Assembly: GCA_040954595.2 (NCBI GenBank)
Contig: CM082576.2
Location: forward strand, 13,023,129 to 13,087,128
DNA from: Balanoglossus misakiensis
Taxonomy: Eukaryota; Animalia; Hemichordata
Length of the DNA: 64,000 bases
Direction of reading: 5' to 3'
The translations under genes were made by a program, and so were the position numbers. The notes below the pieces were generated by a model. The model did not search any database, was not told where the DNA came from, and saw nothing but the letters and a program-made list of their open reading frames with translations. Positions 53,739 through 64,000 of the stretch are shown here, one piece after another (the stretch's first letter is position 1; each line of letters begins with the position of its first letter).

Positions 53739-56700
53739 ATGATGGAAGCAGTTGATCTGTATGATCCCCAAACACTGGGAGTTGCAGTGTTTGCTGGATT
53801 TGTTGTCCTGTCCGCAGCAGTGTATTTGGTGTCCGCGTATGGTATCCGAGAGAAAACCTATGAAGAAGCCATAGCGGAGCAGAGGAAGAGAGCCGAGAAG
53901 GAGCAGCTGGTAGTTAAAACGGAAGCCAAGCAGAAAAAGGAGAGGAAGCAGTATAGGAAGCACAAGAAGCACGCGGCCGCTGCCGACCAAGGGGGTGGCG
54001 GCGGGGGGTCAGTGAGGGTGGAGGAGCCCCCTCTTCAGGAGGCCGACGTCCCGCTGCAGCAGGAGGCCGAGGTGTTCAACCCCCAGGCGGTCCTCGCCGA
54101 GGTCGAGCCCAGGGTGGAGAAGTCGCCTAAAGCGGAGAAGCCGAAGCAGAAACACGAGGCGGCCAAGGAGAAGAGGAAGGAGAAGAAAGTGGAGAAGGTT
54201 GAGCGAGAGGTGGAGTCCACCCAAGCGGCTGCTGCTGCTGCTGCGGCTCCTCCGGTCAAAACCACGCAACCTGTGAAGCCGATCATGAAGGAGGAGAAGC
54301 CGGCCAAAGAAGTGGCCAAGGTTGCTGAGGAACCCCCTGTCACTGTCAAGAAGGCAAGTGAGGTGGAATCCAAGAGAGATCTGAAAGATGTTGAGGATAA
54401 AGGAGTAATTGGCTCACCGGCAAAGAAGAGTTCAAAATCGGCAAAGGAGAAGAAAGAAAAATCAGGTAATTGTGTATTATAGCTTTCAGTTGCATCCTAA
54501 TCAGTCTTTGCTTTCCAGTGATATTGGTTAACCAAGAAATATGTTGGATCCTAGATAATATACCAAAAAGTGTGCTCTTCAATGGAAGTATTTTTGAACA
54601 ATAAATGACCAAAATATTAAATCATGATTGATATAGTGCATACATGAAGATAGCCTACAGACATAAAATGTTGTACTTTGGACATAAAAATACTAATGAG
54701 AGTTGGTTATCTGAAAGATTTTGCATATAATGGTTATATGTTGTGTTCCTAGTTGAACATTAAATCTGTGTAATTTGCTATCATAATTCATCTTTGTAAT
54801 ACAATGGGTGACCCTATGAAGTCACTGTATGCAAAATAGGGTTATCCAACCTCCACGTGCGCTGTAAAATCAATTTCCGACTGATTTATAATGCCATGAA
54901 TTGTTATGCCCTTTACTTGGGTTTAGAATAAGCCGGTCCTCCTTATAAAGATATACATTTGAATACAAAGCACCTCAAAGTCAAGTTGAAAACTATACAT
55001 GAACAGCAGTATTTGAAATTTCTGTGTCGGTGCTGCATGTTGAAAAGGACCCTGTCTGAATTCCCATTTCAAACTTTGAGTTTTTGCAGTAGTAATCAGG
55101 TGTGACCTACATTAGACAGTTTGGCCGAACAGGTTGTGTTTGATTGCCACCAGTCCGTATTGCTAAGAAAAGAACAGAATAGTCCTTTGTTGACCATTCA
55201 TCTTGGTTCAATAGAGGTAATGGTCTTCGACAGAATCCAGACAGTGGTATTGTTGTTGACACTCCACTATTACATTTTTTCTTGCATTGTGGCTGTTTTT
55301 AGATCATTTTATCTTTGGCGTGCTAAGCTGCAAATGTTTTGTGAAAGATTTCAATCACGTCAGGATATATGCGGATTGTCTTGTACTGTGCAGTGGTGAA
55401 TTCAGATTTCCATGTTGATGTACAAATAAAGTAAAGAGAGCTTAGTTGCGACGCAGGAAGGATGCTAGTCCAGCTTTAATTAAAAGTCTGATTGCCATTC
55501 TGATTGTCGCCCATTGTAACCAGTTTTGAACTTTGAACTGGCCTGAACCTTGTCGGCGCACACATTGATTGTAATTGATGTCATCAGAGTTGGGAGATAT
55601 GTAACAGTGTTGTACATGTACAGTACTTCATGGGGATAACTAGTGCGTGTTAGACTTATGTTTACACTTACATGTACATGATGTGTACCCTCTACGTGTA
55701 TGTGTAAATGTACATTACATCTGACACAGCCAGTTTTAAAATCCTCGCCTTAAAATATCAGTGAGTATGTATATACCCACAGACAAACTTGCCATTTGAC
55801 ATGGGTACTCATTGGAATCAGTTATTGGGTGCTAAACGTTTATCACACTGTCAAATGAGGCCAGGACTGGCATAATGCATTCACTCATGAATACAGTCTA
55901 ACACAACCTACATTTACACCTGTGTATATATGCAAGGGGCAAAATTTAATTTCTGATGTGCTGAACATGTTATGTCTCCCAAGGACTTCCCAGCTCCTGG
56001 ATAAGGTTTTCATTTCCTCCGAGACAGGATGTTGTCCTTTGTTATGGCGTCGTGTCTGGGCGGTTTCAGCTCGCATGTAGCCGTGTTGAAGTGCCAAGAA
56101 GTGTAACTGATTGGTCAGACTTCTCTATCCAAATTATAATCTCAGACTATTATGGGCATGTGTGCTGCCATGGCAACCTTGCATGCTGTGGTTTTGATCA
56201 GGTTTTATCGTAAATGGGGTTGCTCCCAGGGTTTTCTAGGAGGGATTTGAACTGACTGCAGGAAAATAGCAGTCACTGTATATCTCCAATCACTACATGT
56301 ATAAGCAGAAGTTGCCACAGCTTGTAGAGCAAAACCATTAGCACAAATAGTACATGTATCTGTATGCATTATAAAAGGCATTTTGTGGATGTGAACTCAA
56401 GTTTCAATGAGACCACAATGCGTTTTAATGGACCTTAGCCTCATGATTGTGTTTGCATATATCATGTAAGAGCAAATTTTTAGATCTGCAAAGGAACGGT
56501 ACATGTAGCTGTAAAAGGAAACTGGATGTTCATGGTGTGACACAATCAGTGATAGATAGATTCTCTTGTGGAAGTCTTCGCGGGGTTCATTCAGCTATTC
56601 TAATGTTCTGAACTGGTGACTCACCCACTTCAGGTCGTTCACATTATACCAGCAAAAAATTAGAAAATTGCATTAAAGGGGAAATCCGGTCCAGCTGATT

Positions 56701-59700
56701 TCTACATAATTTGGTAGCTTTGAGGTCACTCTTTCAGGAAAAAAAAAACATTTTTTTGCCATGTGTAAGTCGCACAATTTTTTACAAAAACGAGGGAAAG
56801 TTGGCAGAATTTCCAATATGGCGTTTACTGTAATTTGAATCATGGGAAAAAAGCGCCTGGCAGATTCCTACTTTGAAACTGGCAGCTGTTCATTTTTTAA
56901 TGACCGCATTATGGACACCATGATTATTTCCTCAGTATTTTGTATCGTTGCTGCTTCCTGCTGTGCTGACTGTAGAGCTCCAAGCTGTAATTACTGCCTC
57001 AGGTGGGCTAGTCCATGGACGAATAAAAAATAGATTAAAGCTGCAAGCAGCGTTGGCGGGGCACAAGCGGTTCCCATGGTGACCAGCAAATGCCAAGGCT
57101 GTATCTGCTGGGGATACCAAGTTATGGGAAAGTAGGTCACCTGAGGTCACTACAAAATTTGGCAAAAAAATTGGGTCCCATACTAATCTAGATCCAACAA
57201 AAAACCAGACCCCTAGCACTGTTGGTTCGCCTCCAATTAGGTATGCGCATAATTAATGAGGTCTTGTGTAAGACTCCATTATGTGCTCAATCCCCATAAA
57301 AGCCATGGCTCTAACTGCTCTGGTTGCTGAGATATGGAAAAGTAGATCAAAGGTCACCAAAGGTCACCCAAAATTAGGGCATAAAATTTTGAGCCCAGAG
57401 TGGACCATGTCCAACCAATACCAGATCTCTAGCCCTATTGGTTAGCATGGAATTAGGTATGCAGAAAAATGATGTGTCAGAAATAGGTCAAAGGTCATTG
57501 CCAAAATTACCAAAATATTTGTGTCATGTCCTGGCAGCATTGGTACCCATGTCCACAAAATTCATGACTGTGGTGCTTTGACAAGAGGAGGTATGGGGAA
57601 TATGCATATATAATTATTTGTTTTAAAACTGGGTCAAAGGTCATGTGAAAATTGCCCCGAAAAATTGTGACAACTTCCGGTCATAGGATGACTCATATCC
57701 AAAAAAAGAATTTCCATGCTGTCAACATTTTGGCTACAAAACGGAATTATCACTTTTCAATGGTTTTCCGAAAATCCAACATGGCCGCTATAATGATCGA
57801 CCAATCACATTGCGCTTCGCAAACTTGATAGACATAGGTTAGGTGACCACATATCCCAAATCCCGAGACTCGGTAACCGCTGGTTCTGGAGAAGAAGATT
57901 TTTAAAGTTTTAAGTAGTTTTTCAGAAAAACAATTGTAGCAAAAAACCTTTATGTATGACGTCATGATTTTATTGGGGTAAAATGATGGACATAAGGTAG
58001 GCTACCTGCACACCAAATTTGAACTCGATCGGCCCAGTGGTTTTTGAGAAGGACTCATTTAATGATTTTCAGGAAATCCAATATGGCCGCCAGGTCACGT
58101 GACTAATTAAATATTCACGAGCCACTGCACGTCTACTCATTGGCCCCTACTACCCTACCAAGTTTCAGCCCCCTAGGTGCTGCGGTTTTCCAGATCTACC
58201 TGGCCGATTATTTGCAGAAGAAGAATAATAATAAAGAAAAATTCCAACAATACCAATGGGGGCACAAGCCGCCTGAGGGCGCTTGTGCCCCCAAAAAGGG
58301 AATAAATTGCAGGTACATGCAAATGTACAGAAAATGACTATTTTAGTTATATAGTTTAGAAAGCATTGTGTTAAATGATACCAAGCTGATAGGATCCGAT
58401 GGGTAAAGTGGATTTGCGTAGTGAATAAATGATCATTTACCTATCTCACAGAAATATGGGGGTCATTGAACTGTGAAAGAATAGATGGATTTAGCATTTT
58501 TCAATATGCAAAATAGATAATGAAGTTTTGCAATATGTGGACCTATACATTCTGAAGTGTTAATGTATGTTTGTACCGGGTGATGCAGATGTATGTGGGT
58601 CATTTTTTAAAGACTTCATGCATAACCATAATTGACATGTATGGCTTCATGAGGGCAGACATTACCGAAGCCATATCTACATTACAATAAGAAGCAGAAC
58701 TAAAAGAACCAGCAAGGTATCCATTTTGAGATAAAGGTTGTGTTGGTTGGTAATTACAGAGCATTGTGATGCAAACAACCCCTGTGTGTGACCTTACACA
58801 TCCATGCCTGACACGTGCACACGTGTACCAAAGGGAATGGTACAATATGGCAATATTTTCCATTTCTTCACATAATGAGAAACAGGAATTATTTCAGCCT
58901 TTGCATTTCGACAAATTTTGTCAAAAGTGGCTTTTGTCAGTTTGTAGTGCGACCACTTCAAGAAAATGAGCAATTTTAGTACATATGTAAATGTTTAATA
59001 AGTTTAATAAAACAGATGATGAAACTTAATTATTAGTAACTGAAAAAAAAACCTACCAAAGTGTTGCATTTGTAGGGATGTAGTAATAATCATAATTATT
59101 AAACATTTTTTGATAAAAGCCTGAAGAACTAATTAATTATGTATTTATCTTAAATTCTTTGATGATTGTGTAGTTAGCATAAAATGCCGTAAATCATTGG
59201 AACAACTGGTGTCTTGCAAATTAACATTTCAGAATACATGCATTTACCATGTACATTACAGCAAGGTTTTAAAAAACATTGAATTCATTTGTCTGTTCTA
59301 CCACATTGACAGGTACATGTATGAAAATATGCTAAATATTCTCAGTAACATCAAACAGATGGGCACGTTTTTGTCACTTTTTGTCTGTATGTCTTGGTCA
59401 TTTGTTGTCTCTCGTTTATTAGAGTGGTAATTATGATGCAACTCAAAGCTGTTGCCTTGATGTGTGAATTGCTTCATAACCTGTAGGTTCATGTTTATAT
59501 ACATCAGATGCTTTAATTCACACATGTGCAAGTACTGTATTTTAACTTAATTTACAACCAGACAATCGTTGCTTAAAGGGGAAATCCGCTGTAGCTGATT
59601 TCTACATAATTTGGTAGCTTTGATGTCTCTCTTTCAGAAAAAAACATATTCGCCATGTATAGGTCGCGCGATTTTTTACAAAATCTAGGGAAAGTTGGCA

Positions 59701-62700
59701 GAATTTCCAATATGGCGTTTACTGTAATTTGAATCATGGGAAAAAAAGCGCCAGGAGCAACTTCCGCCCACCATGGTGTGGGTGATACCATTCTCCGATT
59801 GGTGTCACTGGGCGACAGACTAGGTGTATTTTCATAGCTATTGTTTGTTCTTTGCATCAGTTGATAAACAATCATCAGCAAAGTCGAAAATTTGTCATCT
59901 ATTGACAGTTTTCATGAGCTATAACCCATGAAAAATATGCAAATACGCTTAGCTTGTGACACAGTGACACCAATCGGAAAATGGTATCACCCACACCAAG
60001 GTGGGCGGAAGTTGGTCCTGGCGCTTTTTTTCCCATGATTCAAATTACAGTAAACGCCATATTGGAAATTCTGCCAACTTTCCCTAGATTTTGTAAAAAA
60101 TCGCGCGACCTATACATGGCGAATATGTTTTTTTCTGAAAGAGAGACATCAAAGCTACCAAATTATGTAGAAATCAGCTACAGCGGATTTCCCCTTTAAT
60201 TGGTTTTCTGATGGCAATAGGGTACACAGTCATGAATATCATTAACGTTTATGTAAATTGTGTGGTTTGAAATACTGCAACCTGTCACCTGTAGGCTGTA
60301 ACTTGTAAGACTTTTTCCATACATGTACAAGTATCACTAAAATCGATGTGGTTTGAAACCATTGAAACCATGTCACATCACAGATATTATTAGAAAATGG
60401 TAATTATTTGCCTATGGTTTCATAGACACGTTTAACTCAACTCTGAGAAACCTACCAGCAAGTCCAAACACACATTTGTATAAATTTATATTTTGTGACG
60501 TGTGTGACTCATATCACACCTGTTCAGTTCCACGGCACAAAAAGTACATGTAAAGATAGATAACAACTGTCCTGTTGGCGACCTCGATAGATCATGCAAG
60601 GAAAGTGTGTTGCAACGACAATTTCACGAGAACTCTGTTGTTGGAAATGTGTCTCGCTAAACATCTGGCAGATGGCCCTGGTCTGTGACCTGCTCAATCC
60701 ATCCCCAAGTGTTTGCTTTCAGTTCGACCCAAAGCACACAACTCAGCCTGATATTATTAGCAACCACTTTCAATATAACTGTGACACTGTCTAGACTGTG
60801 TAGTCCACTGTCGCAGTAGATTTCCCCAAAGGAAGCTTACTGCAGCTGTTTCAGCCTACTCGTAGATGTGATTGCCATTTTGGCTGGCGTTAATTTCTTG
60901 TGGAAATAAATTATTCTACAACCACGTAGGATGCGGCATTGTACATGTAAATTACATGTACGTTATGCACGTTCTCACAGTTACTGCGAGCATTGGGTGT
61001 GGTATGTTCTCACAGATATGCCGCGCCGGGTATTGGGTGTGACCAAAACCCTGAAATCCAGGGAAGAATGCTTAAAAGGGGAATTACGCCTCTTTAGGAT
61101 CATGTATGCCTGGGGGTTTATCTTATTTTTTTGAGAGAGAGAGAGAGAAAAAGTCTGTGGATAGCCCAACAGACACATGTTTGACCGATGTAAACTTTTG
61201 CTGAACGTTTGATTGTTGGAATGTTGTCGACAACGTTAGTGTTGGTGAACTCTTAGTCTTAGTCTCGCTAGAGAGATTTGCCATATATTGACCAGGCAAG
61301 CGATAGGGTTTGGTTCATGAAGGGAGGACAGACCTGTTTATGTGGCAGACTGAGGTCACATTCCTGGGACTTGTCCTATATTGAAGTCAATGGCCTTTTA
61401 GTCGAAAGTGTTTTGAATTGAAAGCCAGACAAAGTACTATTACACAAGACTTTCTTTCCTGAGCGTAAATTGTAGGATAAAGTACACACAAGTCATCTTG
61501 TGGAAAGAACACCAAATCGGGTGAAAGGTCATGTTTATTCAAAATGGCTCCAGCATGGGTGTCTTGGTGCCATGGTTTCTCATTTGCAGAAGCCAGAATT
61601 AAGCAAAAATATTCAATGCCAACATGGGTGCAGTTGTCACTAGACTGTAATTAGCATGCCGTTTCATACAGCAACACGAACTTGCATCAGTGAGACAAGA
61701 TGCAGAATGGCAAATTCCTGGTCTTGACTTGTGGTATGTCAGACTTAATTGTGTGGAGATTGCACACAATGATTGAAGGTTTCTCAAGAGTTAAATTCAT
61801 TTCATGAAATGCCTGCTTCATTCGATTTCTTGTTCTCATGCTGAGACGTAACCGCGAACAGAGGTTTTCACATTCATGTGACTGTTCAGCGCATTCTTCT
61901 TTGTAATAAAACATTAATAATCATCAGCAATAATTCTGCAAGACTCATGGGGTTACTTGTGACAGAAATTAATCATAATATTGCTGTAAAAAAAATTTTC
62001 CTCAAAATACCATCGACTTTACACTCCAGAATTCCATCTGTTGGTTTACCAAACTATCAGTATCAGGTTGAATATGTACATGTCGTGTGACTGACCCCAT
62101 CGATTTTGAGATGTTCAGAATGCAGACTTCGTCACTGACCTGTTGTGTGGGCTGCTCGTTGATAAGAATTATTGAAAAGCAATACTATCCAGGCTTCTGT
62201 GTGATTAAAATCTTTTAAAGTATGCAATTAATCAGCCTTGCTTAATGTGATTGCTGCAAAGGTCCCTTTGCTCAAGAAAAAAGCATTGTGTCTCAATGCA
62301 TATATTTAATGTGCATCGCAGGATTTTTGTCAGGTATGTGTTAGAGGTCATGACGTGGTAAATTTCGGTTATTGATAGGAAGCATTCAAGCTAAGGACCA
62401 AGCAGTTTACTTTCTGATTACGCAGATCGAACAAAAGTGTTTCTGTGCATACGGTTTACATTGCACAGAAGCACAGACCTACTGTAGCTCCACTTTCCTC
62501 CCTTATTTCAAAGGTCTCTTCCAGAACATTCACAGAAGCTGTCAAAATACTCCGAGTTTCATTGGTGCCTTTGTCGTGCATTTAAAGTGAGAACGGAAAT
62601 GAGAAGCAACAACATTTTGAATTTGATATCTGAACACTGTTGGGTTGTCAAACAGTAAGTGTCAGGAATGATACATTACATGGCAGGTGCCTCTACATTC

Positions 62701-63849
62701 ATTGTATGTGTGTATAATTAAAATATTGGATATCGATGCATTTGATATTATTTACATACACCTGTGCAAACTGCATTTAAATTGTCAATATCATGCTTCT
62801 AATAATGCTCAGCCCACACAGTGTCGGAATATGTATTGTGTGACCTATTTACTGCTTTGAAGTGGGTCATTTTGCCATTAAATTCACCGTGTGTGATTGA
62901 AGACATATTCAAGTCTCTGAAAGGCCAAGTGTCTTTATCATATGAATCTCAAATCAAAAAGGTTTCTGACATGATGACATTTCCATTGAAAATGCATCCA
63001 GAGTGTGAATTTGTTAGTACATGATACATTGTAACCTTAGTCATCTTGACCTTAAAAAAAATCCTGACAATAACTGAAAGTAGGTTGCAACCCCTCCCTT
63101 CATTTTTACCTGGGATGTGGCGTAAAAACTGAAAGTGTATCACGTAAATGTGTATGCTTGCAGCGGTTACAACAATAGGTGTATGTATAATAATACATTC
63201 TACATGATCTTTACAGGTGATTCCAGCAGCATGCGTCTGGTCTCCACTCTGAAGACGGCCACATTGACCGATGCTGAGATACAACAGCTCACGGACATCT
63301 TGCTGAATAAGCAAGGCGGGGGTGCAAGCCCTGCAGGAGAGTGGACCAAGGTAATCAATGTGTACACCACCTTGATCAGTGCCAAGAGAGCATCGTCCCA
63401 CTTTGGAGTCCGTGCCACCTCTTGTATGTGAATTGCCACTTGCGATACAAAGCTCAGTGATAAAAACAACAGCAAGACAGCAGGTCTCATTGTGTTCACT
63501 AGTTATTAGTATCACTGTTACAATGCAGTGAAATCTACCATTTCCAGAAAAATGTCTACACAAATTTTTTTTCCCCAGTTCCTGGTTATTTTACTGTTAA
63601 AAGAATCAGTTGAACCCAAGGAAACACAACTGAACACCATATAACAGTAGTGCATGTCTGTTATTTTTCATTTCAGTTGCAGAGAATAATTAATGTAGAA
63701 TCTTTGTTCCATCATGAAAATGTCCAACCATCCAATTCTTGATTTTTATAAATCATGATGTCCATTTTGTCGACAGGCATCTCAGAAGGCAGATCCTGTG
63801 GCAGCAATGAAGAAACAGTTGCAAGAAAAGGAGCAGGCCTTACAAGATG
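53739..63849 (+). CDS. RRBP1: Ribosome-binding protein 1 (p180)/kinectin-like ER membrane protein; first three coding exons, gene continues beyond the right window edge
   Basis: Exons 53739-54465, 63217-63350 and 63777-63849. N-terminal TM anchor DLYDPQTLGVAVFAGFVVLSAAVYLVSAYGIREKTYEEAIAEQRK, a Lys/Pro-rich region, then EIQQLTDILLNK...WTKASQKADPVAAMKKQLQEKE, matching recalled RRBP1/KTN1. Probably co-orthologous to both vertebrate genes. Confidence 0.88.
56677..56860. mobile_element. Truncated, more diverged left arm of the palindromic TTAA MITE
   Basis: TTAA|AGGGGAAATCCG...GCTGATTTCTACATAATTTGGTAGCTTTG...CATGGGAAAAAAGCGCC is homologous to 28602 and 59577. Confidence 0.85.
57036..58295 (-). 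mobile_element. Helentron-associated (HINE/DINE-1-like) non-autonomous element
   Basis: Sub-terminal inverted repeats GGGGCACAAGCG (57058-57069) and CGCTTGTGCCCC (58280-58291). One end has a 13-bp hairpin (58257-58293) plus an (AAT/AAG) simple repeat; the other has a short stem-loop GCTGC-AA-GCAGC. Degenerate internal repeats (GGTCAAAGGTCA, AATTAGGTATGC, AAATCCAAYATGGCCGC). Confidence 0.65.
59577..60195. mobile_element. Palindromic TTAA-flanked MITE (T2/Kolobok-type), copy 2, in an RRBP1 intron
   Basis: TTAA TSD at 59573-59576 and 60196-60199, long inverted arms, near-identical to 28602-29209. Confidence 0.92.
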
Positions 63850-64000
63850 GTGTGTAATTTATAGAGTTTTAGTATCACTTTTATTCTGGGTTCTCCGTTT
63901 AAAGGGTGACTGTTCACCAACTGGATTAGCTGACTACCATGCTGAGCATTGTGCCTCAGATGATTGACTCTGTGAATAGTTGATACCATTACAGCCGCCC

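Noticed and set aside
60931-60946. Possible alternative first exon ATG CGG CAT T|GT, phase-compatible with RRBP1 exon 63217 (TM-less isoform)
   Set aside because: The donor GTACAT is weak and there is no independent support.
62949-63563. 204-aa minus-strand ORF
   Set aside because: Antisense to an RRBP1 exon and its flanking introns, non-ATG start, no recognisable domain.

Overview
AT-rich eukaryotic genomic DNA from an invertebrate bilaterian (GT-AG introns, no prokaryotic features). I reconstructed seven intron-containing genes by hand from splice sites and reading phase: AIDA (-, 3' part outside the window), FKBP3/FKBP25 (+, with a U12-type last intron), NPHP1/nephrocystin-1 (+, with a very large charged cassette or alternative terminal exon), a divergent TRAF paralogue (-), a canonical TRAF3-like gene (-), ENOPH1 (-) and RRBP1/kinectin-like (+, 3' part outside the window). 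The best novelty candidate is the TRAF paralogue at 29855-34923. It shares the first six coding exons' intron phases and approximate sizes with the neighbouring TRAF3 (RING, TRAF zinc fingers, coiled coil). Its receptor-binding MATH/TRAF-C exons are replaced by an unrecognised helical segment, a Ser/Thr-rich linker and a C-terminal CCHC zinc knuckle, and a canonical NF-kB site sits at its putative promoter. The window also has palindromic TTAA-flanked MITEs (one nested in a tiny piggyBac-like element), a Helentron/HINE-like element and several hairpins. Gene identities rest on my recall of vertebrate orthologue sequences; no database search was run.
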